Positions 26,147-40,738 of a DNA stretch of 64,000 nucleotides are shown one piece after another. A program made the position numbers and the translations under genes. Within the stretch, counting starts at the first letter, position 1. Each line of letters opens with the position of its first letter. The stretch lies in the NCBI GenBank assembly GCA_964016885.1, contig OZ024765.1:14012001-14076000 (forward strand). Direction: 5' to 3'. The notes beneath the pieces were generated by a model that saw nothing but the letters and a program-made list of their open reading frames with translations, was not told where the DNA came from and made no database searches. This stretch comes from Eledone cirrhosa. Its lineage: Eukaryota.

Positions 26147-26632
26147 CTTGATATATATATATACATATATATACATATATATTTGTGTGTGTGTATATAT
26201 GATATATATATTTATTATACAAATACAAAAAAACAAAAAAAGGTTTTCCGAGCACACAAGCCGAAACTGCTTGGCACCGCGGTCGGAATTTCCATATATA
26301 TATATATATATGTGGAGGCACATGGGTTATATATATATGTGTGTGAGTACCGGGTTCAATCAAGGGTAACTACAGGAAGTAAGGTCCTCGATACATTAGT
26401 AGAGTATATATAAAAGGAACGATCGACTTTCGTCAAATCGGACCGAGGGAACAATGTTTCCGTTGGTCTTTCCAATTGCTAATACTATCTATCGGTCGCA
26501 ACTCCAGGTAGAAAGAGCATCGTGAAATAAAGTGTCTTGCTCAAGGACATAACGCATCGCCTGGTCCAGGAATCGAACTCACAACCTTACGATTGTGAAT
26601 CCAATTCTCTAACCACTCAGCCACACGCCCTC

Positions 26633-29600
26633 GCTAACAACACATCATCCCTCCCACCCTCCCCCACGCACCACCATTATTACGTGGACCAATCATAAGT
26701 CAGAGGCCCATACTATCGCCTAACTGGTTGCCTTTCGATATGATGGATAGACTACGGAATTCTGGAGAGTTGAAGAGAGAAAAATGTGGACGCTCAGCGA
26801 CAATGCCAAAGATAAAGACAAATTCACCTCGTGGACGAGAATGCAAGCACTCCGCCTTGTTTCGGCCCAGGATGGCTAACATAACCCCATCCCCCCCGCG
26901 CCCCACCCCTCCCACCCTCCAAACGCAATCCAAAACTTCAGAGTTGGTACCATGAATGTAGGCACCTTAAAGGGTCGCTCTAACGAGGTTGTAGAAATGC
27001 TTGAACGTAAGGAGGTCGATGTTTGTTGTATTCAAGAGACCAGGTGGAGGGGAGGGTCGGCTAGATTCATCGTGGGTAAAGAACGATGCTATAAGCTTTT
27101 CTGGGTGGGAAATGACAATGGGTTGGGTGGGGTAGGAATCATGGTAGCAGAAAAGTGGGCAGATAAGATAATAGACGTAAATAGAGTGAACGACAGAATA
27201 ATTAAAATAAGACTTGTCCTCAATAAAACTACGGTGACAGTAATATCTGCGTACGCACCACAATCCGGACTGCCCGGTGCTATAAAAGACAGATTCTACG
27301 AGACACTGATGCTCGCTACCTCCCAAATAACCGACAGTGACTATATAGTTATTGCAGGCGACCTAAATGGTCACGTTGGACAGCATTGTGACGGCTATGA
27401 CGGAATCCATGGAGGCTATGGGTTCGGTACTAGAAATGAGGAAGGCTCCAGAATCCTGGAATTCTGCGACGCAAATAACTTAACTATCTGTAACACTAAC
27501 TTCAAAAAACGAGACAATCACTTGATCACCTATAGATCGGGGGAACACACAAGCCAGGTAGATTATATCCTTACCAGAAGACGTGACAGAGTGTCTGTTG
27601 TTAACACTAAATCCCTCCCCCATGAAGAATTCACCTCCCAACATAGACTGATAATTAGCGACCTCATAGTCAGGACGAGACGTACTAGACAGCGGAAGAG
27701 GACTATCCTCAGGAGAAAAATATGGAAGCTAAAGGACCCCATAGCCAGAAATAAATTTCAAAGCATATTACTTGACGCTTTCGACAGTAAGGAAGAGCAA
27801 TTAGAGTCGTATAATATAGAGGAACAGTGGGAATTCCTGAGAGCAAACCTGCTGACGGCGGCAGACGAAGTCTGTGGCTGGAGCAGGCCTGTAGGTAGGA
27901 GGAGAGTAACATGGTGGTGGAACAGTAAGGTGGAGGAGTCAATTAAGGCCAAAAAGCAGGCTTGGAAAGCATGGCGGGATGGGGGAAGTAGAGAAGACTA
28001 TCAGGTAGCCAGGAGGGAAGCTAGGAGACAAGTGTACTTCGCAAGAAGGGAAGCAGAGGAAAGAAAGTTCAAGCATGTTCTACAACGTGAGGACCAAAAA
28101 CGTGAGGTGTTCAGGATTGCCAGGCAATGTGTCAAGGAAAACCGTGACATTGTCGGGGAGAAGTGTGTGCTTAACGATGATGGCATACTTGCCATCACCG
28201 ACGCTGATAAGAAGGTAGCTTGGACGTGTCACTACGAAAGGCTTCTAAATGAGGAGAACAAATGGGAGAAAGACAGTCTCCCCCACATCGACCCAATAGA
28301 GGGACCAGCAGTGTTAGTCCAGGGTAGTACAATAAGCAAGGCAATCAAAGATATGAAGACGGGTAAGGCGGCTGGTCCTTCGGAAATAGTTGCTGAGATG
28401 CTGAAGGCATCTGGTTCGGTGGGACACACCATGGTCACCCGGATAGTTAACCAAGTCGTACAGAATGGGTTGTTCCGAAGGACTGGCGTAGCAGCATCAT
28501 CGTTAACTGCTATAAGGGAAAAGGAGATGCCCTAGATAGGAGTAACTATAGAGGCATTAAATTAATCGACCAGGTCATGAAGGTCACGGAAAAAGTAATA
28601 GCGCAACTAATCAGAGAGAGAATTGATCTAGATGAAATGCAGTTCGGGTTTGTGTCAGGCAAAAGTACCACAGACGCTCTTTTCATTGTACGACAACTAC
28701 AGGAGAAGTACCTAGCTAAAAGTAAACCCCTATACTTAGCTTTCGTCGACTTGGAGAAAGCCTTCGACAGAGTCCCCCGTTCCATTATCTGGTGGGCTCT
28801 TAGAAAACTAGGTGTTGATGAATGGCTTGTGAGAGCTATACAAGCCATGTATAAAGAAACAGTCAGCAAGGTTAGAATTAACAACGAATATAGTGAAGAG
28901 TTTAGCATAAAAGTTGGTGTTCATCAGGGCTCCGTTCTTAGCCTCCTACTATTTATTATTGCCCTTCAGGCTATAACAGAGGAGTTCAAGACCGGCTGCC
29001 CATGGGAACTCCTATACGCAGATGATCTAACGCTCATAGCTGAATCAATGACCGAACTAGAGAAGAAATTCCAAACATGGAAGCACGGCCTAGAATCAAA
29101 AGGCCTTAAAATTAACCTGGCTAAGACAAAAGTTCTAGTTTGTAGGAAAGAAAATATGGCGGCAGTCCCATCTGGGAAATGGCCATGCTCAGTGTGTAGG
29201 AAAGGCGTAGGTAGAAACTCCATTTTATGTCCCAAATGCAAAGTATGGGTGCATAAAAGATGTAGTGGGATCACAGGTAAGCTAACTAAGAACATAGATT
29301 TTACATGTGGCCGGTGCTCTGGTGCAATAAGTAGCAGCAAGTGCCCACAAAATACTAGCTCCTTCAACTGCGCAGAGGGTTCTATAGAAATAGTGGACAG
29401 CTTCCGTTACCTGGGTGACAAAATCAGCAGTGGGGGAGGGTGCTCTGAAAGTACAGTAGCTAGAGTCAGAACTGGTTGGAAAAAGTTCAGAGAGCTTATA
29501 CCACTATTAGCCGCTAGAGGGTTCTCCCTAAAAATGAAAGGCAGGTTATACGATGCCTGCATACGAACAGCAATGCTGCATGGCAGTGAGACCTGGGCAT

Positions 29601-30470
29601 TGTGTGCAGAGGATATACGCAGACTAGAGAGGAACGAAGCTTGCATGCTCCGCTGGATGTGCAATAGTAATATACGTGAACGGCAAAGCATAAACGAACT
29701 AAGGAAAAAATTAGAAATAAGAGGGATCAGATGTTGTTTACTCGAGAGAAGGCTACGTTGGTACGGTCACGTGATGCGCATGAAAGACGACAGCTGTATA
29801 ACAAAGTGCAGGGCAATAAAGATAGACGGTAGCCACGGAGTAGGCAGACCCAGAAAAACATGGGACGAGCTGATAAATTCCGACCTCACACGCTTACACC
29901 TCTCCAAGACAATGTCACTGGACCGAGACCTTTGGCGGTACTCAGTAATAGAGAAGACCCGCCTTACCTAAATACAAAGTAAAAACCTACTACAGTCAGT
30001 AGGCATCTCTATCAACCCCCCCCCCCCCCGTCCCACCACCTCCACCCCATCCACACCGCCCCTTTCAATGTACAGTTATGTTGGTCCCACAACATCCAGG
30101 CCGAAACAAATGAGATCGTGTAGGTGTCACGACAAAAAAACACACAGTCCACGCTGTAAATGTGGCCGTGTAGGCAACACGGTAAAAACCTCCCAGCCCC
30201 ACACTGTAAATGTGGTTGGCGTTAGGAAGGGCATCCAGCTGTAGAAAACCCGCCAGACAGTCCACGCTGTAATGTGGCCGTGTAGGCAACACGGTAAAAA
30301 CCTCCCAGCCCCACACTGTAAATGTGGTTGGTGTTAGGAAGGGCATCCAACTGTAGAAAACCCGCCAGACAGTCCTATGCGAGCAAGACAACCACTCTTG
30401 CCTCAAGTGGGAAAACCCCCGTCCAAACCCATGCAAGCGTGGAACACGGACGCTAAACCTGATGATGATG
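26633..30470 (+). mobile_element. Near full-length RTE-clade LINE (APE endonuclease + RT with PHD insertion)
   Basis: MNVGTL/CIQETRW/AYAPQ/GDLNGHVG/DYIL/QHRL endonuclease motifs; RT DLEKAFD, GVHQGS, YADD; a single 1-nt frameshift near 28467-28469; (GAT)n tail. Confidence 0.95.
26952..29971 (+). pseudogene. RTE ORF (endonuclease-reverse transcriptase) split by one frameshift
   Basis: Adding one G in the run at 28467-28469 restores NGVVPKDWRSSIIVNCYKGKGDA and joins ORFs 26952-28535 and 28577-29971. Confidence 0.85.
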
Positions 30471-30482
30471 ATATATATATAT

Positions 30483-30516
<34 letters not shown>

Positions 30517-31202
30517 ATACACATATATATATATATATATATACACATATATATATATATATATATATATACCAAACCCATGCAAGCGTGGAACATGGAC
30601 GTTAAACGATGATGATGATGATGATGATGATGATATATATATATATATATATATATATAAGTATTGGAATTTCCGTTGGAAACAGAAAAGGTCATAGAAA
30701 TGAAGAGTGCTCTATGAATGAAATCATGCCCACACATGAAATCACACCTGCTTTCCAGCTCATATAAACTTAACACACTTTCAGATACTTATCCTCCATA
30801 AACTCTTATTATTCTCTTTTTAATTACCCTTTCTGACTTACTTTCATTTTTATCCTTGTCATTAATTTCATTTATTTTTACTTTTATTTTTACTTCACAT
30901 CCCCCCCCCCCTTTATTCTCCGATTCACTTTCTATTTTTTACTTCCCCTTCTTTTACTTCCCTTTTTCCTCCACTAACTGATTAGACTTGTCTTTTGTGT
31001 TTTTCAATCCAGATATATTTTTCATTTTCATTTTTATTTTTATTTTTATTTTATTTTTGCGCAGCCTATCTTACAATTTTATATTTGTACTTATTTATCC
31101 ACAAGTTTTTTACACCCTGTATCAATATGGCTGAACGCCTTAATGTGTGTATACTTTTTATATATGTACATGAGTGACTACGTATGTGCGCGCGCGTGCG
31201 TG

Positions 31203-31273
<71 letters not shown>

Positions 31274-32052
31274 ATATATATGTGTGTGTACGCGTGTTTG
31301 TGTGTATGTGTATGTATATATTATGCGTATGTGTACGTGTCTTTATATCCGTGTTTTTGACATCTCGGTTTTATGCTTTGTTCCTTTTGTCTCCCCCCCC
31401 CCCTTTCCTTTTTTTACTTACTCAGTTTCATGCGTGGGCATGCAAACAGGTTTATATGCGTGAGTATAAGAATGTGTGTGTGTGTGTGTGTATGTACGTA
31501 TCGAACGTATGGATGTGTAAGTGCGCGTGTGTATATAAGCATAATTATTTTTACATTTCTTTTGTGATACATGCGTGTCTGTGTATGTATGTACCCCTTT
31601 TTTTGTCTTCTTTTCTTTAATTTTTTTTTTCTAAATTTTTTCTTTCTAATTTATCGTTATTATATTTTTATAAATATATCGAGACTGATACTTTTCTTTT
31701 AATTATTACACTCCCTTACCTCCTTTCTTTCCGTATCTAAGTGTACGAGTGTGCAGGCGTTTTATGCGCGCGCCTTCATATTCATATATTTATGATGTAA
31801 CCATTTCTGTCTGTATATTACAGACATATAGATACATTTGCCCTATATTTTAGAATTACGCACACTTTCTCACTATACATATACATGTGCGCATATACAT
31901 ATATGCACATCTGTGAGCGTATATACATACATATACACACACCTAACTATATTTCTTGATAGATTTTTATATATTTCAATTTCTATTTCATTTATCTATA
32001 TCTTTTTTTGATTTTCTTGATGTGTTTTTCTAAGTATTTACCCATGTTTTAT

Positions 32053-32129
32053 ATTGCCTCGTCTGACGAACGAATGAAGTCGTTTATTTCGTATTCGCCT
32101 CTTCGGGAAACCTCTGGTAATGAGGTAAT
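32053..32129 (+). ncRNA. Type I hammerhead ribozyme motif
   Basis: Stem I ATTGCCTCGT/ATGAGGTAAT (10 bp including two G-U), core CTGACGA 32063-32069, stem II CGAA/TTCG, GAAA 32107-32110, stem III ACC(TCT)GGT, GUA triplet. Confidence 0.7.
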
Positions 32130-32153
32130 TATATTGTATTGATTTTTATACAT

Positions 32154-32185
<32 letters not shown>

Positions 32186-32664
32186 TTTATACTTTTGGCA
32201 CAAGACCAGCAATTACCCAGTAAATTACTGTTACATTATTTTATCGACCCTGTAAGGGTGAAAGGCATAGTTAACCTCAGCGGGATTTGAACTCAGTCCT
32301 TAAAGGGACATAATTGTGCTGCAAAGCATGGCGTACGACCCTCTACCAATACTGCGGAAATTCTTAGGTAAAGTAAGATATATTTCGTTGGTGTTCTTTA
32401 ATAGTTCAAATCTTTACAGCAAGTCATTATTCATATTAGTTGTATTGAATTAGAACTAACATCAGTAAAGACTTACTGTAAATATTTGAACTAGTAAAGA
32501 ACACCAACCAGCAGTGAAGTCATTATATACATACAGACATGTGTATGTGTGTATATATATATTTATATCTATATCTATATAGATAGATATATATGTCCAT
32601 GTGTTTGTTAAGTATTTCCATGGAAAAGGTAAGAGAAAGAAGAGTGCTATATATATATATATAT

Positions 32665-33653
32665 ATAATGTAGGAGGTGAGTTTTATTGTAGTACAATAA
32701 AGCAATGCAGATATCGGATAAGAAGCACTCTACAGTTTGTAGGACTGGAGTATACATAATATATAAGATCAAAAGATGGTTAAAGGTGTTCCATGTATTT
32801 TATTATGCGCATTTCAAAAACAAACATCATCATGCAATAATATTTGTGTTTTCATCAGATAAAACAGGAGAACATGATATGAAGGCTAAAAAACACTTGT
32901 GGATAGTGCAGTTTTAAATCAACATATGAAAAGTAGTTTTAGATTGATGTGTGATATTGGGAAAAATATTTTATTTAGAGAGGGGGGGGGGGCGTGAAAA
33001 ACTTTTTAATATCAATACATATCAACTCCCTCTCTTTCCCTTCGTTAATTTTCAAATTCTTTTAATTTATACATTATCTTCCAACGGTTCTCAACCTCTC
33101 TATGTAAAACAATATATCTTTTCTCAGTTAAAAACTATCTCTTTCTCTCTATCACCCATCTCTCCCTCTCCACCTTCACTCTCATCTCCTCCCCTTTTTT
33201 CATCCTTTCCACCCCCCCTCTCTAAATAAAATATTTTTTCCTCGTACATATTTTTCCCTTTGTTAATTTTCAAATTCTTTTAATTTATACATTATCTTCC
33301 AACGGTTTTCAACCTCTCTATGTAAAACAATATATCTTCTCTCAGTTATAAAAACTATCTCTTTCTCTCTATCACCCATCTCTCCCTCTCCACCTTCACT
33401 CTCATCTCCTCCCCTTTTATCATCCTCCCCCCCCCCCTCTCTAAATAAAATATTTTTCCCAATATCACACATCAATCTAAAACTACTTTTCATATGTTGA
33501 TTTAAAACTGCACTATCCACAAGTGTTTTTTAGCCTTCATATCATGTTCTCCTGTTTTATCTGATGAAAACACAAATATTATTGCATGATGATGTTTGTT
33601 TTTGAAATGCGCATAATAAAATACATGGAACTCCTTTAACCATCTTTTGATCT

Positions 33654-33665
<12 letters not shown>
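32665..33665. repeat. Large inverted repeat (~220-bp arms) enclosing a ~200-bp direct duplication
   Basis: 32757-32975 is the reverse complement of ~33443-33663; 33035-33240 repeats at 33253-33458; the same family occurs at ~51820-52077. Confidence 0.8.
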
Positions 33666-33685
<20 letters not shown>

Positions 33686-33689
33686 CTAA

Positions 33690-33890
33690 GGCGGGTAAAA
33701 TTCCCGAGATCCATGGACGAGTTCTCTCCAGTGGTCTCTGTCCCTCATTATCGCTGCCATGTCCTGCATCTCCAACAGACCAGTGTCTGTCCTTAAGGCA
33801 TCAACATACGTTAACCTTGGTCTTCCTCTTCTAGTGTGTCCATGTAGGGGCTCCCAAAGGAGCACTGAGTGCAATGTCAACTCTGGATGT
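33690..33890 (-). mobile_element. RTE-like LINE 3' fragment (third family)
   Basis: [28 protein letters not shown]...MRDRDHWR. Confidence 0.7.
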
Positions 33891-33924
33891 CAGTATATAT
33901 ATTGTTATATATATATATATGTTG

Positions 33925-33962
<38 letters not shown>

Positions 33963-34111
33963 CAACTTTGATAACTTTGATAGGTTTCGGCCAGTAATGG
34001 CCCAAGCCATGTCTAACTTAATACCACCATCTGGCTATATAATATATATAACTATATATGTTATATATGTATGTATATGTATAATATATATGTATGTATA
34101 CATATATATAC

Positions 34112-34573
<462 letters not shown>

Positions 34574-34939
34574 TTATTTTACACTACTCCGGAGTAACCA
34601 AACCAACCTGCTCACTTCGTCGAGTGCTCCAGCCTGCATACTGAGGTGTGGTATACAACCAACATAAACTCAAAATCTCTATATATATACATATATACAT
34701 ACATAGATAACATATAATTATATATATATATATATATATAACCCATGCTAGCGATCATGATGATATGTGTATATATATATATAATCATTTTCTGGGTTAG
34801 AAAATGATTAAAACGAAATGTGTGAAGTATTAAACTTTGTGTGAAGTGTTAAGGTATAAGTTGATTTATTTATTATTTAACAATGGCATTTATTTATCTA
34901 TTTATATATTTAATTATTGTCTTTTCCTAAATATATATG

Positions 34940-35736
34940 AGCTAGCTGTGGACAAGTGCACCACCATGCATTTTGGGAGTAAAAACCCAGCGTCCACATA
35001 CTCCCTCCACAACACTAATATCAAGAAGTCTTCTTGTGAACGTGACCTGGGCATTATGGTCAGCAGCGATTTGCGTTGGACGAGGCACGTCTCTAAAATT
35101 GTCAAGAGGGCCGAGGGTGTCTTAGCATCACTCAGCAAGACCTTTGTCAGCCGCTCTCCAAATATCTATTTAAAGCTGTACATGGCTATGGTGCGACCAC
35201 ACTTAGAATTTGCATCACCAGTCTGGAACCCCTATCTTGCTCAGAACATTGACCATCTGGAAACTGTTCAGAGACGTGCAACCAAGCGAATACCCTCCAT
35301 CAGGCATCTACCATACTCTGAGCGCCTTGCTTCCCTGGGCATGGATACATTGAAGCTCCGACGCCTGGCAACTGACTTGGTAAACACCCACAAAATTGTT
35401 AACCATGTTGCCAACAACAACCCTGAGTACCTTTTTGATTTCCATGTGTCTAACACACGTGGACATGCCCACAAAGTAAGAAAACAGCACAGTTCCCATG
35501 ACTTTCGGAAACATTTTTTCACGCTCAGAGTTGCTGAAGCATGGAACAAACTACCTGCATCAGTTGTTAGCTGTCGAGACACTGCATCCTTTAAGGCCTC
35601 CATGCTTCCCGAGATCCGCCAACACTACAGCTAACACCTACACACATGTACTTCCCTGACATTTGTGTATTATTCTATGTACTATACATACACCTTTGAC
35701 GAGTTGTAGTGCACCTGAGCACTTTACACAATAATT

Positions 35737-35785
<49 letters not shown>
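34940..35785 (+). mobile_element. 5'-truncated CR1/L2-group LINE
   Basis: KCTTMHFG, ERDLGI, LYMAMVRPHLEFASPVWNP, LETVQRRATK, FFTLRVAEAWNKLP; (ATT)n tail. Confidence 0.9.
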
Positions 35786-36272
35786 GTATATATGTATATA
35801 TGTATATATGTATATATATGTATACATATGTATATATGTATATATATATATAGATATAGATAGGTAAATATACACGGGTGTGTATGATTGTGTATAGAAG
35901 ATTATATTAATAAGAGGAATTCCAACTTTGTCTGATTTACTCGTTTTATTTACAATCCTTTAAAATATATATAATATGGTATTATAATGAAATAGTATGA
36001 TAGAATATTAAATTCTAAGTGTTAATTGAACAAGTACTTTCATGCTTTCGCAATCTTCAGGTTCATGATATGTGGTGACAGTCGAGTTTGCAATGTTCAA
36101 CTGTATATATATATAACTATATATATATATATGCACATATATATATATGTATATATATATGTGTGTGTATATATATATATGTGTGTATATATATATATAT
36201 ACATATACATACATACATATATATATATATATTTATATACATATATATATATATGTGCATATATATATACAT

Positions 36273-36344
<72 letters not shown>

Positions 36345-36415
36345 ATGTATATATATATATCCACATATATATATATGTATATAAATATATATATATATAT
36401 ATATGTATGTATATG

Positions 36416-36548
<133 letters not shown>

Positions 36549-36842
36549 TTATATATATATATGTAAATGTATTTACACTTGGAAACAAACAAACAAAAAA
36601 AGAAATTTCCTTTGAGAAAATTGAAGCCTGTTGTTGCTATTGTTGTCATTGTAGTTGTTGTAGCTGTTGTTGTTGTTGTAGTAGTCGTTGTTCTTGCTCT
36701 TACAGTTGTTGTCATCATTGTAATTGTTGTTGTCATTGCTGTTGTTGTAGTTCTTGTTGTTGTTGTCGTTGTTGTTGTTGTTTCCACAGGTGTTATCCTA
36801 ACAATAAAATATTAATCCTATTAAAGTTAAAATATCTGTTGC

Positions 36843-36880
36843 TATATAAACCCATTCGACCATCAAAGACACATCAGATT
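36843..36880 (+). promoter_or_regulatory. TATA box + initiator-like element of gene 2
   Basis: TATATAAA at 36843-36850 and TCAGATT about 30 nt downstream, ahead of ATG 36909. Confidence 0.6.
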
Positions 36881-36908
36881 ATTCCAACAGAAGTTAAACT
36901 ACGAAACC

Positions 36909-36960
36909 ATGCTGAAATATTTTGTTTTATTCTGCTTCTGTCTTGCAGCCCTGTCATCAG
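36909..36960 (+). CDS. Pacifastin-like gene 2, exon 1 (signal peptide [17 protein letters not shown])
   Basis: Similar to gene 1 exon 1; CAG|GTAAGA donor, phase 1. Confidence 0.82.
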
Positions 36961-38688
36961 GTAAGAATATACCTGATTTTAGAATATAAGAAATTTACAG
37001 TTCTTATATTCTATAATTCTTTTATTTAAGTATTCAGATTTTATATCTATATGTGCAGAAGTAAATGATAAAGTAGAAAATCAAACCTTCCAGTTGTTGT
37101 CTTCCTGTTTCTTCTACAACAACTACAATGGTATGCAATGGGACCCACCCACAGCCCCGGCGGACAGAATAGAGAAGGCGTTTACCCGGAGGACGGCAAG
37201 GGAGACACGCTGGAAAAGCCACTCCAACTCGTGGGGCTCACACCTGCGGCTGGCCAGTAAGGAGGTAGCCCTGGGGCCGAGGACACCAGCAATCTCCACT
37301 GCCTGAGGTAGACCGCAAACCTGTCGGAGAGTGACCGGTATTTGAGGAGTTTAGCCCCCTTAGCAGAACCTGGGTCAGTCGCAGACTGCACCAGGTTGCA
37401 GCTGCAGAAAGTGTCGGTGCAAGTGGCTATTCTGCTTCTCTATTACAGCCTTTTCACATTAGGTAAACATGCATCAAAGAATTCACAAATCTTGTATTCT
37501 GTGAACCTTTTATTCCATCTTACCAATATTCCATTATTTTACTACTCTTTATTAATCCATTAATCCATGGATTTTTCTCTTTAACCCTTTAGCATTTAAA
37601 CTGGCCGTACTGGGAAAAATTCTCTCACCTCTTTCTGTTCAAACCGACTGTAACTGGCCACTCAGACTTACCTTAACCCTTTAGCATTACTCTATATTTA
37701 TTATTGTATTTTTGTGTTAAAAGTTTGACCTCACATAATTATTTCACATAATATCGAATCTATGAAATTTTGATATTATTTATTTTGAGAACAATACCTT
37801 AATGTTGGTATGAGTAGCCAGATATATATATATTCATTCATTTTCATTTCATTTTACGCCCGCTTTTTCCCTGCTTGCAAGGGTGGGACGGGAACTGATT
37901 CTGGCTTGATTTCTACAGCTGGATGCCCTTCATAACACCAACCTCATTTACAGTGAGTGCTGGGTGCTTTTTTGCTGTGATACCTCCACAACCACTTTGC
38001 AGTGGAATGATAGGAACCCCAGTCCCTATCATCTCATTTCTACAGCTGAGTAAACTGGAGCAATGTGAAATAAAGTGTCTTGCTCAAGGAAACAACACAC
38101 CACCCGGTCTGAGAATTGAACTCACAACCTTTCGATTGCAAGGACAATGCTCTAACCACTAAGCCATGTGCCTCCATATATATATACATCTTTTTCTTAC
38201 ATTTAAATTAAATCTGCCTTTCTAACAACAACTCATCTCCGACCGGTCCTTTAAGACTTTCAGAGGGATACTCCCTTGAAAATATTTGGGATAACTAAAT
38301 TTACTAAGGTAAAATTTTATTATCTTGGCACCTTTAATTTTCTAATGCATTGTATGGCTTTTGAATTTATTTAAATTTATATTTCCTATTCAACTATGCT
38401 TCAAGCAAACTACAACACTCTGTTATATATATATATAACCAAGGAGTGTAACACGGAGTTACTGTAGGTTCATCAGGGTGAGCACTCGATGTTTAGGTTT
38501 ACGTCAGTATTGAGGTGTAGACTAGACAGAGTAAAATATAGTGAAATAATATAACATGGACGGTTGGTTACTCCTTCATTACGTTTATTGGTTGGTGACG
38601 TGCGTTTCGCTACTGATCAGCTCAAGGTTTGATCTGTATCGATCTAGCCCAATTCTGGAATCAAAAGCTTGTGGGACCTCTGTAGTAG

Positions 38689-38882
<194 letters not shown>

Positions 38883-39043
38883 CATCATTATCATCATCAT
38901 CACCGTTTTACGTCCGTTCTTCCACGCTAGCATGGGTTAGACGGGTTGTCCTGTTGTGGGCAGTGTCTGGTCGGCTGACCATGCCTTGCTCATACAGGAA
39001 CTGATCTGGCTTGATTTCTACAGCTGGATGCCCTTCCTAACAC

Positions 39044-39132
<89 letters not shown>

Positions 39133-39161
39133 TATATATATATATATATATAGTTTATATA

Positions 39162-39201
<40 letters not shown>

Positions 39202-39261
39202 TATCCCAGGTTCAATCGCGAGTAACCACAGTTAGTAAGGTACTCAATACAAAGCAGAGTA

Positions 39262-39387
39262 TATATATTTAATATAGAAAAGGCTTCTACAGGACTAGAA
39301 ATGTTTCATTCGGGAGAAATCATCAGGGCTTCCTGATTTCTCCTGAATGAAACAGTTCTAGTCCTGTAGAAGCCTTTTCTATATTAA

Positions 39388-39395
<8 letters not shown>
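39262..39395. repeat. Foldback carrying a degenerate hammerhead-like core on the minus arm
   Basis: AATATAGAAAAGGCTTCTACAGGACTAGAA mirrored by TTCTAGTCCTGTAGAAGCCTTTTCTATATT; minus strand has CTGATGA..GAAAC..GTC without a stem I. Confidence 0.7.
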
Positions 39396-39418
<23 letters not shown>

Positions 39419-40738
39419 GGGAAGGGGTATACCCTACTGAAGCGTTTTTTTCTCTGTTAATCCTCTCTTTACCTATTGTAACTACTTCAAGGATTATTGA
39501 TCATGGAACTATCAAAGGACAGTTCTATGATTGACCTACAAAAGTAAACATCTTGTTGAGTCGATGACCACTGGATGCTGAAACACTCCTCATTATAGGC
39601 TACTCTAACCCTGAACTAGGGAAACCCTAAACGATGTCTCGTATACCTATAGTCCATTGCAGGGTTAAAGTCTGTCTTAAGCTAGAAGGGTCGTTAAGCT
39701 GGGGCTTATCCCAGTTTCATGGCGTTAAGTGACAGAGAGTACAAGACTCTCCTCTGGACAGGATGATAGTCTAACGTAGGTTTAAAACCCCCCAGTTATT
39801 GCTGGTACTCCTTTTCAGCTAAGTATACTGGAGCAACCTCAAAAGGAAGTGTTTTGCTCAAGAACACAACACCCAACCCAGGGATTGAACTCAAAAGATT
39901 ATGTTCGTAAGTCCAACACCCTTACCACTAGTCCAAGCACCTCCACTCTTATATAGTAACATATAATTGTTTCTACGTTTGGCACAAGGCCAGCAATTAT
40001 TCCAGTGCATTACTGGTACTTTATTTTATCGACCCCGTAAGGAGGAAAGGCAAAGTTAACCTCGGCGGGATTTGAACTCAGATCGTAAAGGGACATAACT
40101 CTTTGCTGCAATGCATGGCATCTGACCTTCTACCAATACTGCCAGTAATATATAATTGTTTCTACTTTAGGCACAAGGCCAGCAATTGACCCAGTGTATT
40201 ACTGGTACTTTATTTTATCGACCCTGTAAGGATGAAAGGCAAAGTCAACCTCGGCGGGATTTGAACTCAGGTCGTAAAGGGACGTAACTATGCTGGAAAG
40301 CATGGCGCCCGACCCTCTACTGATACTGCCAATCCACCGCCCTTTACTGCCAGTAATATATAATAAAATGTATTTATATATAATAAGGGAGTCACTCCAG
40401 GTTGAACCACTACTTCTGGGGGCATCGCTATGTGGTTAAGAAGTTGATTTAGCCACCACATTTTGATATAACCCTTTAGCATTTAAACCGGCCATAACTG
40501 GCCAGAATTCTCTCACCTCTTTCTGTTCAAACTGTCTTTAATTGGCCACTCATACTGATGTTAAGGTATTGTTCTCAAAATAAATAATATCTAAATCTCA
40601 TAGATTCGATATTATGTGACATAATTATATGAGATAAAGTCTTCACCACAAAAATATAATAGTATATATAGAGTAATGTGAATGCTAAAGGGTTAAACTA
40701 ACCAGTTACAGAAAACCTTGTCATTTGTTCTATTGCAG

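Noticed and set aside
36620-36790. Cys-rich metallothionein-like reading frame and a CACAG acceptor
   Set aside because: Degenerate (GTT)n microsatellite upstream of the gene 2 TATA box
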